Shown here piece after piece: positions 38,037-50,402 of a DNA stretch of 64,000 nucleotides. Each line of letters starts with the position of its first letter. Within the stretch, counting starts at the first letter, position 1. The notes under the pieces are model-generated. The model did no database searches, had not been told where the DNA came from, and worked only from the letters and a program-made list of their open reading frames with translations. A program made the position numbers and the translations under genes. The DNA is from Eledone cirrhosa (lineage: Eukaryota): the NCBI GenBank assembly GCA_964016885.1, contig OZ024740.1, positions 238,328,001 through 238,392,000 on the forward strand, given 5' to 3'.

Positions 38037-38239
38037 CCCTTTAGCTTTTACATTACTCTATATTTACTATTATATTTTCATGGTAAAGGCTTTACCTTAC
38101 ATAATATCGAATCTGAGATTTTGATATTTATTTTGAGAACAATACCTTAACATAAGTATGAGTGGCTAGTTATGGCCAGTTTGAACAGAAAGAGGTGAGA
38201 AAATTCTGACTGGATACAGCTGGTTTAAATGCTAATCAG
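38037..38239 (-). mobile_element. piggyBac-type MITE
   Basis: TTAA flanks; reverse copy of the 2066 family. Confidence 0.75.
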
Positions 38240-39389
38240 TTAAGTCATTCTGAAGAGTAGCTGCCTTCACCAGAAAACCACCTTGTGCCACCTCATCCTA
38301 CCCAACACTATCTGTGATCTTTGATCTATGACATTCTTCACATCATCCAATTGTACTGAATGAGAATTGCATCATAACATTGACAACGGTTTTGCTATTG
38401 GAATCTTTTAATCCTGATAGATTGGTTTATATATTTTATATCATAATTTGTGAAGTCTAACATCATCGGTTAAAGATTTCCACCAGCATTCCTACTTCAA
38501 ATCCTGTTAAGGTCAACTGTGTCTTTCATCCTTCTGGGATTGATAAAAGTAAAGTACCAGTCAAGTGCTGAGGTTGATTTTTATCAACTTTGCCCTTCCC
38601 CCAAAATATGCTGGCTTTGTTTGGAAATTAGAATTGAATATATAAAACTCCTTAAATATATTAACTTAAAGAATAAAACTGACATGGTTTGATATAATAG
38701 TTTGATATAATAGCATATATAAATGATCATTTATATATGCCAAGTTGTTTAACTATATATCCTGTAAGCTACTGAGGAAATCTCTATATGGTGACTCAAC
38801 CTGCTAGATGTAGCAGCCAAATATTCATTACATATCCCTGCCTTAAAAGTAAGACACATTGGATAATGTAGTCTACATAAACTATTCTTTCAAAAAGGGG
38901 ATAAGGAAAAAGCAGGATGGTTATGGCTGGAATGCTATTATAAGTCTACTTCATTTCCTGTTATAAAATATCTGTCGACAGTTATTTCTACTTTGTAATA
39001 ATTAAAACACACCTAATTGGATAATTGTTAGATAATAATTGTCTAATTATAATATATGTAATTACCGTATTTGCCTCTTCCTATTAGATGCTCCCTGGTT
39101 TTACAAGACAATTCTGAGCAAAATATTTTAATACATTTCTTCATAAATTCGTTATAAATTTCATTGTTTTCTCAAACAAATAAGTTTGACATTTTGTATA
39201 TATATATATATTACTGTATTAGTAAAACTTTTCATCAACATCGTTTAACATCCATTTTCTACGCTAGCATGGGTTAGATGGGTTGTCCCATTTGAGGTAA
39301 GTTGGGTCAGGTAACCATGTCTTACTCATATAGAACTGTTTCTGGCTTGGTTTCTATGGCTCGATGCCCTTCCTATTGCTAACCATTTA

Positions 39390-41220
39390 CAGTGTGTGCT
39401 GGGTGCTTTTTGTCATGACACCTACACAACCACTTTACTTAGTGTAGGCTGGGTGCTTTTTGTCGTACACCTACATGACCACTTTACAGTGTGGGCTGGG
39501 TGCTTTTTGTCGTACACCTACATGACCACTTTACAGTGTGGGCTGGGTGCTTTTTGTCATGACACCTCCACGACCACTTTACAATGTGAGGCTGGGTGCT
39601 TTTTGTCATGACACCTCCACAACCACTTTACAGTGTGGGCTGGGTGCTTTTTGTCGTACACCTACATGACCACTTTACAGTGTGGGCTGGGTGCTTTTTG
39701 TCGTGACACCTACATGACCACTTTACAGTGTGGGCTGGGTGCTTTTTGTCGTGACACCTACATGACCACTTTACAGTGTGAGGCTGGGTGCTTTTTGTCA
39801 TGACACCTCCACGACCACTTTACAGTGTGAGGCTGGGTGCTTTTTGTCATGACACCTCCACGACCACTTTACAGTGTGAGGCTGGGTGCTTTTTGTCATG
39901 ACACCTCCACGACCACTTTACAGTGTGGGCTGGGTGCTTTTTGTCGTACACCTACATGACCACTTTACAGTGTGGGCTGGGTGCTTTTTGTCGTGACACC
40001 TACATGACCACTTTACAGTGTGGGCTGGGTGCTTTTTGTCGTGACACCTACACGACCACTTTAGTGTGGGCTGGGTGCTTTTTGTCGTGGCACCTACATG
40101 ACCACTTTACAGTGTGGGCTGGGTGCTTTTTGTCGTGACACCTACATGACCACTTTACAGTGTGAGGCTGGGTGCTTTTTGTCGTGACACCTCCACGACC
40201 ACTTTACAGTGTGGACTGGGTACTTTTTGTCATGACACCTACATGACCACTTTACAGTGTGGGCTGGGTGCTTTTTGTCGTACACCTCCATGACCACTTT
40301 ACAGTGTGGACTGGGTGCTTTTTGTCATGACACCTACATGACCACTTTACAGTGTGGGCTGGGTGCTTTTTGTCGTGACACCTGCATGACCACTTTACAG
40401 TGTGGACTGGGTGCTTTTTGTCATGACACCTCCATGACCACTTTACAGTGTGGACTGGGTGCTTTTTGTCATGACACCTACATGACCACTTTACAGTGTG
40501 GGCTGGGTGCTTTTTGTCGTACACCTACATGACCACTTTACAGTGTGGACTGGGTGCTTTTTGTCATGACACCTCCATGACCACTTTACAGTGTGGACTG
40601 GGTGCTTTTTGTCGTGACACCTACATGACCACTTTACAGTGTGAGGCTGGGTGCTTTTTGTCGTGACACCTACATGACCACTTTACAGTGTGGGCTGGGT
40701 GCTTTTTGTCATGACACCTCCATGACCACTTTACAGTGTGGACTGGGTGCTTTTTGTCGTGACGCCTACATGACCACTTTACAGTGTGGACTGGGTGCTT
40801 TTTGTCGTGACACCTGCATGACCACTTTACAGTGTGAGGCTGGGTGCTTTTTGTCGTGACACCTACACGACCATTTTACAGTGTGGACTGGGTGCTTTTT
40901 ATTGCGACACCTACAGACCATTTTACAGTGTGGGCTGTGTGCTTTTTGTCGTACACCTACATGACCACTTTACAGTGTGGGCTGGGTGCTTTTTGTCGTG
41001 ACACCTACATGACCACTTTACAGTGTGGGCTGGGTGCTTTTTGTCGTGACACCTGCATGACCACTTTACAGTGTGAGGCTGGGTGCTTTTTGTCGTGACA
41101 CCTACACGACCATTTTACAGTGTGGACTGGGTGCTTTTTATTGCGACACCTACAGACCATTTTACAGTGTGGGCTGGGTGCTTTTTGTCGTGACACCTAC
41201 ACAACTTTACGATGTGGGCT
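39390..41220 (-). repeat. 47-49-bp minisatellite (~38 units) expanded inside an RTE 3' UTR
   Basis: Unit CAGTGTGGGCTGGGTGCTTTTTGTCGTGACACCTACATGACCACTTTA; directly continues the RTE tail at 39233-39390. Confidence 0.92.
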
Positions 41221-41900
41221 GGATATGTTTTGTTCGGTGTAAAGGTAGTGTGGACAAAAGTGGGTGGGGGTATAGCGGTATTTGTCCTGCTCTTTACATT
41301 TTGGGTTAATAAGCTTAATCTATTGCTCAGGTTGACATCCTTGTTTAGTCCTTGGTTGTATGAAGCAGAATTTTTTTCTACTGTGAGCATCAAAGCCAGG
41401 ACTCTGGTTTGAAGATAGCTTCTTCCTTTCCTCTCACCAATCCCAGAGACTCTAAAAAAGATAATAGGTGCTGTCCCTCCCTCTCTCATTAAACAGTAAA
41501 AGAAAAAACAAAAAAGAGAAACATAAGTACATTTTTTTTGTCTCTCTGTCAGACTTACATTTCTAAGTAAAGCATCTATGAAGAATGGGTTTAACTCTGT
41601 AAAGTGGTAGTTCTGGTGCCATGATAAAAAGACCCAGTGTGCCCTGTAAGGTGGTAGTGCTGGAATCCCAAAATGCTCCCAGAACACATAAGGTAGTTGG
41701 TGTTTAGGAGGGCACCTAGCCATAGACACCAGCTTGGAAAATGAACATAAAATGATATATTGTGTAGAAGCTTATAGTTCACTCCATCGAAATTCAGTTT
41801 CTCAGTACATGCAGTCATTCAAGTGACAATTAGCTTTTGCTGCCTGAATAATTGTATGGAGGAGTGAATTATCAGCTTTTTTTTTTAAAATTAACTTTAA

Positions 41901-42119
41901 CCCTTTAGCATTTAAACCAGCAATATTTGGCCAGAATTCTATCACCTTTTTCTGTTCAAACTGGCTGTAACCGGCTGCTCATACTGATATTAAGGTATTG
42001 TTCTCAAAATAAATATGAAATAAATATCTCATAGATTTGATATTACGTGAGATAATTATGGTAAAGCCTTTACCATGAAAATATAATTGTATATATAGAG
42101 TAATATAAATGCTAAAGGG
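41901..42119 (+). mobile_element. piggyBac-type MITE
   Basis: TTAA|CCCTTTAGCATTTA...TAAATGCTAAAGGG|TTAA. Confidence 0.85.
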
Positions 42120-42504
42120 TTAATATATATATTGAATTCCCATTTTCTTATTTGTATCACCAAATGTCTATACACTTAGATACTAGTTACTATATATACT
42201 TGAACATAAGCCGAGGAATATGTGACCAAAAATCGATGGTAAAATGGGGGAGGGGCTTATAAGCACCATCTAAATGTGTTAAGTTACCTCAGCTTATAAA
42301 TGGGGTTTAGATTTTTTTTCCCATTTCTCAGACATAAAATGGGAGGGGGAGGGGGGGGGGGGGGGTTATATTGGAGTATAGACAGTAGTTATCTCCGTCA
42401 CCATTAAACACGGTGCCTCCAGACACGAGTACCCTGGGTGAGGTGAAATATCAAAGTTTATCTTGTTGAAATAAAATTTTAAAAAAAATATCAAGACTAT
42501 ATAT

Positions 42505-43680
42505 AGATGCTCTCTTAGTGAGGCAATTTCAAGAGAAATTCCTAACCAAGACTAAGCCACTATATTTAGCTTTTGTTGATCTAGAAAAGGTCCTTAAGGA
42601 AATTAGGTGTAGAATGGCTTGTGGGAGCAGTGCAAGCCATGTACAGAGGAGCTGTCAGTAAAATGAGAGTAGGAAATGAGTTTAGCAAGGAATTCAAGGT
42701 ACAGGTAGGAGTTAAAGGTCGGTTCTTAACTCACTGCTGTTCATTATAGTTCTTCAGGCCATAACAGAGGAGTTTAAAAACTGGCTGTCCATGGGAACTT
42801 CTCTATGCAGATGATTTGGTCCTTATAGCTGAATCCATAAAAGAACTAGAAAAGGAATTTGGAATCAAAGGGCCTAATAGTAAATTTAGCCAAAACTAAA
42901 GTGCTAGTGAGTAGGAAAGAAGATAGGACCCTGATTTCTTCAGGAAGTGGCCTTTCTCAATATGTAAAAAGGGAGTAGGCATAAACTCCACACAATGTAA
43001 ATGTTGGGTGTACAAGAGATGTAATGGGTTAATGTAGAAGAGGCACAACGGTAATCGAGGGAAAGAGCGTTGGAGATATAAACCTATTTAAGTCACAGGA
43101 AGGGTCCAAAGAAGTGGCTGATAGTTTCTGCTATCTAGGTGACAATTAGCAGTGAAGGAAGGTGCTCTGGGAGCATAATAGCTAGAATAAGAATAGAATG
43201 GAAAACGTTTAGAGAACTACTCCCACTGTTGACTACAAAAGGTTTCTCTCTGCATACAAAGGGACAAATGTATGATGCCTGCATGTGAAATGTGATGCTT
43301 CATAGTAGTGAAACATGGGCTGGGACTACAGAGGACATGCATAGACTGAAGAGAAATGAAACGGCCATGCTTCGTTGGATATGTGATAGAAAGAGCGAGC
43401 TGAAGGATAAGCTGGGTTTAAGAGGAATATGGGGGGTGTGCAGGAGAGAAGACTGCATTGGTACGGACATGTGATGCACATAGATGATGATCGATGGGTA
43501 AAGAAGTGCCAGTGGAAGTAGGCCACAGTAGATGTAGACAAGGTAGACCAAGAAAGACCTGGGTAGAGGTGGTGAGGGCTGAGACTCTCAAAGGAGTTGA
43601 AGGAACGCGATGAGTGGAGAGATGCTGAGCTGAGAAAGGCCTTCCAACCCATGCAAGCATGTAAAAACGATGATGATGAT
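42505..43680 (+). mobile_element. degenerate RTE LINE (RT to 3' end)
   Basis: LYLAFVDLEK, GCPWELLYADDL, LHSSETWA; (GAT)n tail. Confidence 0.85.
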
Positions 43681-44195
43681 ATGGTATACTTATTTCATAT
43701 ACTCATTATGTTCACTTTTTCATGCTGTCATAAGTTGGACTGGACCATTTTAGGCTATATTTTACAGCCAGATGCCAGCCCTTTTACTCTCTGCCTCTTT
43801 ACAACACAGGTATATGGTGTGTGTGTGTGTGTATATATATATATTTGATTATTTTTAAAAATATTTTTATATCTTATATTTATTATATATTTATATCTTT
43901 ATGTATTTTCTTTTTTAGATGTGAAGACACTGTGTGGAACATTCTGAAGTAATTATCCATTAATGTACGAGTTTGAATTTTTATCAAGCCCACTGTGAGA
44001 AGGAAGATGTTCAAACAACTGCTTTCCAAGGAAGTTTACATGCGTTCAACACAGTTCATTTATATAGCAAATAGAGATGCAGCTTGAGTGCATAAATTTT
44101 ACATTGAAACTTTTCCTCTCTTCACTTTGATCTCCAACATGTCCCAACTTCACTATTGACTACTCCATGACTTTGGATTTCTTTTACATTTAATA

Positions 44196-44408
44196 ATGTC
44201 TATCAAATTTGGAGCTGTTCAAGCCCCATCTGAGCAAGCTGGGACTCCTCCTACTAATTATGTAATCAAAGAACCAAGTCCCGCAGCAACCTCTACAGTT
44301 TCAAGCAGTACCTCCACAATATCTACTGAGTTGGAGGGAAAACACACCTGGGCATATATTTTAGTACCTCTTGGTGCAATTATTTTCCTTGGCTTTGTCA
44401 TCTTTCTG
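44196..44408 (+). CDS. C3orf18-like: C3orf18/SMIM29-family single-pass membrane protein, first coding exon
   Basis: S/T-rich ectodomain then hydrophobic WAYILVPLGAIIFLGFVIFL; donor CTG|GTAAGT (phase 0); likely exon acceptor ttttttAG at 43918. Confidence 0.8.
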
Positions 44409-44935
44409 GTAAGTTCTGTAATTATGTTCTTAATGTTGTGTAGATAAGTTATTCCTTTATAATATCATGAACTTTACTAACTAAACTTAAATCGAACTCC
44501 AAATAGCTATAACATTGATTGACAATCAAAAGAATTAAAACTATCACCCATCCAAGGCAGCAAAAGAGCCTTTACGTGATTACTCAACTTTTCCTCAAAT
44601 CATTCTATCTCAAAATGACACAGTAGATAATGTAGTCATAAATAAACTGTTTGAATTTAAAGAAGGCGGTTTGATCATGGTTGGACTACATTTAACCTAC
44701 ATATATTCAGTGAAGGCTGACTTATGTCTCTAGCAATTATCACTAAGTTCGTTCTGGCTAGATTTAATCTTTCTGATGCCAACTGACTGAAAATGCATTT
44801 GGTTTTGTGTTACAAAACCTCTCATTTTAAAGTATCCTATTTAAATCAAACACCTTCAAGATTTTATGTAAAAACCTTTTTAGTTATTTTCCAAATTCTT
44901 TAATTTTCAAAATTCAAACACAACGGAGTAATTTA

Positions 44936-46500
44936 AGACCGATTGCTCATGGGAAGTCCTATATGCCGATGACTTAACTCTGACAGAATTAGAGAAGAAA
45001 TTTCAGATATGAAGGCACAACTTGGAAATAAAAGTCAACCTGGCAAAGACTAAAATCTTAGTCAGCAGAAAAGAAAACAGGGCTCTGATCCCCTTGGGGA
45101 AATGGCCCTGCTCTGTATACAGGAAAGGAGTAGGTAGAATCTCAATCTGGTGTCCCAAATGCTGGGAAAACAGGCAGACTAGCAAAAAACACAGATTTCA
45201 TATGTGGACACTGCACAGGGGTAGTAAGCAAAGACCCTCGGGTAGCAAGCTCCTTCAATTGCACAGAAGACCCCATAGAAATAGTTGATAGCTTCTGCTA
45301 CCTGGGTAATCAGCAGCGGAGGTGGATGCACAGAAAGTACAGTTGTCAAAGTAAGAATGGGATGGAAAAAGTTCAGGGAGCTACTGCCGTTGCTAGCTAT
45401 AAAAGGTTTACACTCAAGATAAGAGACAAGCTATTTGATGCCTGTGTGCAAACAGCAATGCTACTTGGAAGCGAAACCTCGGCACTGTGTGCCAAGGATG
45501 AATGGAGATTGAGAAGAAATGAAGCATGCATGCTCAGATCGATGTGTAACAGTGTGCATAAATGGTGAAATGTAAATGGCTTAAGAGCAAAACTCGGTAT
45601 AAGAGGGATCGAATGTTATGTGCATGAGAAGACTGCAGTGGTATGACCATGTGATGTACATGGATGACTGCTATATAAAAAGGTGTAGGGCACACGAGGT
45701 TGAAGGAATGTCTGAAAGAGGGTGTAACGATAAAGGCTGACCTATCTCAGCTGAACCTCCAAATGGAGATGACACAGGACCGTGACCTCTGGTGCTACAA
45801 TATACAACAAAAGATCCATGTCGACAACCCAGCTCAGCCCACAACAGGACTACCCAGTAACACGACCACACCGTGAGCAAGGCTGGGCATGGCCAACTGG
45901 CGCGACACCCATTCATAATGGGACCACTCATCTCCCAAGTTATAATTCTGATGTGAGCAGCGTATGGCTTGGCCAACTGGCCAGACCCTACTGTAAACAT
46001 GTTTGATAGTAAGGGCATCCAGCAGCTGTAAAAATCCAGCCAAATACAGCCCCACTATGAGCAAGGCATAGCACGGCCAACTGGCCAGACCTCACTCATA
46101 ATAGGACCACTCATATTATGGTTACGATGTCAGCAGGGTATGGCACAGCCAACTAACCAGATCTTCTTCATAACGGTGCCACCCAAGGTTCCACTATGAG
46201 TAATGCATGGTGCAGCCAAATGGCCAGATATCCTTCATATTGGCTCCCAAACTCTGGTTCTGATGTGGGTACGTTACGGCCAACTTGCCAGACCCTCCTC
46301 ATAATGGTACCATCCAGTTCCACACTGTAAATGTGGTTCATGTTTGGAAGGGCTTCCAGCTGTAAAATTCCCAGCCAAATTACAGTTCTGTCTAAGCAAA
46401 GTACAACATGGCCAACTGACCAGACTTGTCTCATGATGTAGGCGACCCGTCTAACTCGTGTAAGCAAGGGAAAATAGATGTTAAACAGTGATGAGGATGA
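44936..46500 (+). mobile_element. degenerate RTE LINE with repeat-expanded 3' UTR
   Basis: YADD, GKWPCSVYRKGVG, LFDACVQTAMLLGSET; recurring CATGGCCAACTGGCCAGACC units at 45880-46430. Confidence 0.8.
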
Positions 46501-46997
46501 TTGACCAGACATTCCAGTAGAAAGTTGATCATGAAAGTATTAAACCCTCCATCAGATAGAAGACTAACTGCTGCAGTATAAGTAACATGTGGAATATGGT
46601 GGCACAACCTATCATCTTAAAAGGAAAGAAACATTAGATAATGTAGTCTTAAATGTACTATACCTGAATAAAAGCTGTGATAGTCATGGTTGGGAGACAT
46701 AGGTTTGGAGCAGAGCTGTATTACGATTCAGCAACAACAAAACCTTTATTGTAGGCTTATCTAAATAGATAACTATAACTAAAATTGTACATATATTTCA
46801 GTGTTTAACTCAACAAAAATTCTGTTTCTAGTATATCAAACCATTTTCAACTACATTCTAATGCGATACCATTGTTTTTCTTTTTTGTTGTTTTTTTTAA
46901 CTTATTGTATGAGTTAGTGAGAAGAAGAAAGTGAGCATTCATAACTCTGAGCCTCTGTTACTTGTGGGACAAGATCATACATAGAATTAGCTTGTAA

Positions 46998-48510
46998 TAC
47001 AAGCCATGTATAAAGAAACAGTCAGCAAGGTTAGAATTAACAACGAATATAGTGAAGAGTTTAGTGTAAAAGTTGTTCATCAGGGCTCTGTCCTTAGCCC
47101 CTTTCTATTTATTATTGCCCTTCAGGCTATAACAGGAGTTCAAGACTGGCTGCCCATGGGAACTTCTATACGCAGATGATCTAACGCTCATAGCTGAATC
47201 AATGGCTGAACTAGAGAAGAAATTCCAAACATGGAAGCATGGCCTAGAATCAAAAGGCTTTAAAATTAACTTGTCTAAGACAAGTTAATAGTATGTAGGA
47301 AGGAAAATAGGGCACTGGTCCCCTCTGGGAAATGGCCATGCTCAGTGTGTAGGAAAGGAGTAGGTAGAAACTCCATTTTATGTCCCAAATGAAAAGTATG
47401 GGGGCATAAAAGATGTAGTGGGATCACAGGTAAGCTAACTAAGAACATAGATTTTATGTGGCCGATGCTCAGGTGCAATAAGTATTAGCAAGTGCCCACA
47501 GGATACTAGCTCCTTCCATTGCCCAGATGGTTCTATAGAAATAGTGGACACCTTCCGTTACCTGGGTAACACAATCAGTAGTGGTGGAGAGTGCTCTGAA
47601 AGTACAGTAGCCAGTCGGAACAGGATGGAAAAAGTTCAGAGAGCTTATACCACTATTGGCCGCTAAAGGGTTCTCTCTAAAAATGAAAGGCCGACTGTAT
47701 GATGCCTGCATACGAACAGCAATGTTACATGGCAGTGAGACATGGGCATTGTGTGCAGAGGATCTACACAGACTGGAGAGGAACGAAGCTTGCATACTCC
47801 GTTGGATGTGTAATAGTAATATACGTGAACGGCAAAGCATAAATGAACTAAGTGAGAAATTAGGAATAAGAGGGATCAGATGCTGTTTACTTGAGAGAAG
47901 ACTACGTTGGTATGGTCAGGTGATGCGCATGAAAGACGACAGCTGTATAAAAAAAGTGCAGGGCGATAAAAATAGACGGTAGCTACAGAGTAGGCAGACC
48001 CAGAAAAACCTGGGACAACTTGATAAATTCCGACCTTACACACTTACACCTCTCCAAGACAATGTCACTGGAGCGAGATCTTTGGCCCTACGCAGTAATA
48101 CAGAAGACCCGCCTTGCCTAAGTACAAAGCGAAACCTACAGTCAGTAGGCACCTCTTAACGAAAAATACACCCCCATCCCTCTACCCCCACCCCCATCTA
48201 GACCACCCCTTTCACTGTAAAGTTATGTTGGTACCGCTACATCCAGTCCTAAATAAATGAGATTGTGTAGGTGTCACAACAAAAAACACACAGTCCAAGC
48301 TGTAATGTGGCCGTGTAGGTAACACGGTAAAAACCTCCCAGTTCACACTGTAAACGTGGTTGGTGTTAGGAAGGGCATCCAACCGTAGAAAACCTTCCAG
48401 ACAGTCCTACACGAGCAAGACAATCAATCTTGCCTCAAGTGGGACAATTCCCGTCTAAACCCATGCTAGCATGGAAGATAGACGTTAAATGATAATGATG
48501 ATGATGATGA
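46998..48510 (+). mobile_element. RTE LINE, 5'-truncated in RT
   Basis: Same subfamily as 56414-59220, with several frameshifts; (GAT)n tail ends 86 nt before the microexon. Confidence 0.9.
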
Positions 48511-48596
48511 CATTCTTTGCCCTTGGAAATCTCTAAAATGATTTAGTGGTTTCTAAACTGTTACACACCAGTTATTAATGTCTGTTTCTTTTCCAG

Positions 48597-48622
48597 ATTG
48601 TTGTAATACTGAAGAAAAATAG
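48597..48622 (+). CDS. C3orf18-like: C3orf18-like 26-nt microexon (IVVILKKNR)
   Basis: tgtttcttttccAG|ATTGTTGTAATACTGAAGAAAAATAG|GTAAAT; completes the TM helix and basic stop-transfer segment; phases 0/2 fit both neighbours. Confidence 0.8.
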
Positions 48623-49292
48623 GTAAATTGTTTACTGGTGTTCATTCAATGTTGTCTCTTAGTCTGCTATACATCTAGCAAGCAGTTCTGTGTTGTACCA
48701 ACTATTGCTCTTTTCATCTCTACTCTTACTTTTGTTTTTATTCTCACATCTTTCACATTTAGTATTCGTAATTTGATATCCTAATTTTTCATTTATTTTT
48801 AAGATAAGACAATTAGTGTTGGAGGGGGAAATCAATATAAGCATAGTAAGTAAATTTAATCTGTCCCCCGTTTAACATTGACACCTAGTTCTTGGGTACC
48901 TTTGGCAGAGTCAAACTGTAAGGATTTATGCCAGCTTTGAGGATAACTTCCTTCCACCATTGCTGGAAACCACGAGAAAGATCATGGGTACTGCCCTTCT
49001 CATTTGACTAAGCCATTAAAATAAAGGTTCTTAGACAAGTGAGATTGATATAGTTGATTGAACAGTTTTAGGGGCAGGGTAGACAGGAAGGGAATTCCAA
49101 AGAGGAGTATTGGGCAAATCTTTTGTATTTAGAATTCTCCAAATTATTTCTATCATGTAAAAAGAAAATTGCAATTAATAATTTCAGTAAACCATTTCTG
49201 TGTAGTCTTGGATGAAAAGGAAATATATGGGGCATGTGGGCCTGAGAGGACTGGGCTTGCAGTAAGGTAGTTCAGAGGATTAGAAGCTATTG

Positions 49293-49483
49293 TTATAATT
49301 GTTTCTACTTTAGGCACAAGGCCAGTAATTACCCAGTGCATTACTGGTACTTTATTTTATCGACTTCGTAAGGATGAAAGGCAAAGTTAACCTCGGCGGG
49401 ATTTGAACTCGGATCGTAAAAGGACGTAACTATACTGGAAAGCATGGCGTCCGACCCTCTACCGATACTGCCAATCCACCGCC
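49293..49483 (-). mobile_element. family-A SINE
   Basis: Full-length copy with A and B boxes. Confidence 0.85.
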
Positions 49484-50006
49484 ATTGTTATAATGATAGA
49501 AGACACTACACGGTTGTGAACAGCAGGTTGAAGCTTATTGATGAGTGAACGTTAGAATCTGTAGAAAGGCTGCCTTTTGGATTTTGTCTAAGGTTTTAAT
49601 GATGCATGAGGCAACAGCACTCTCATCAATGTGAATAGTACTGCAGTGTGAATCTTTGTTGAATTAGTTATAAGAACTCTTCGAAGGCACACAAAAACGT
49701 AGTGTTACAGAATATGATGCTTTTAAATCACCTTAGTTTTCATTTAGATAAGGTGAGATAGTGATAGCTATAAAGTAAACAGTTTATATATCTAAACAAA
49801 GGGGGAAAATACTTTGTATGAAATCCTTTCAATTTTAAAATTGGTAATGTTTAACTTAGGTTACAAATATATATTTCAGTAGATGAAAATCCAGAAAACA
49901 AAAATACTTTTGTTACTCGTGGCGCTCTAACCCCCCCCCCCCCCCTTATATTTTCTGGTCTTCAACTTAAATTGAATGTGTATTGGCAAATTTGTTTTAT
50001 ATATAT

Positions 50007-50402
50007 GGAGGCACATGGCTTAGTGGTTAGAGCATTGGCCTTGCAATCGAATTGCAATCGAAAGGTTGTGAGTTCAATTCTCAGACCGGGTGATGTGTTG
50101 TTTCCTTGAGCAGGACACTTTATTTCACATTGCTCCAGTTTACTCAGCTGTAGAAATGAGATGATAGGGACTGGGGTCCCTATCATTCCACTGCAAAGTG
50201 GTCGTGGAGGTGCCATGACAAAAAAGCACCCAGCCCACACTGTAAAGTGGATGTGTAGGCGTCACAGAAAAAAAGCACCCAGCACTCACTGTAAATGAGG
50301 TTGGTGTTAGGAAGGGCATCCAGCTGTAGAAATCAAGCCAGAATCAGTTCCCATCCCACCCTTGCAAGCAGGGAAAAGTGGATGTAAAATGATGATGATG
50401 AT
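50007..50402 (+). mobile_element. family-B SINE (CORE-like plus RTE tail)
   Basis: Homologous to 26455-26893; ends in (GAT)n. Confidence 0.8.

Noticed and set aside
39390-41220. CRISPR-like look of the 48-bp array and its Cys-rich ORFs
   Set aside because: No unique spacers, eukaryotic context, and the unit derives from the RTE 3' UTR; the ORFs are by-products of the repeat.
44409-44447. ORF-track extensions of host exons (VSSVIMFLMLCR; also 63679-63716, 63847-63924, 1136-1150)
   Set aside because: They read through strong GT donors or upstream of AG acceptors and are intronic.
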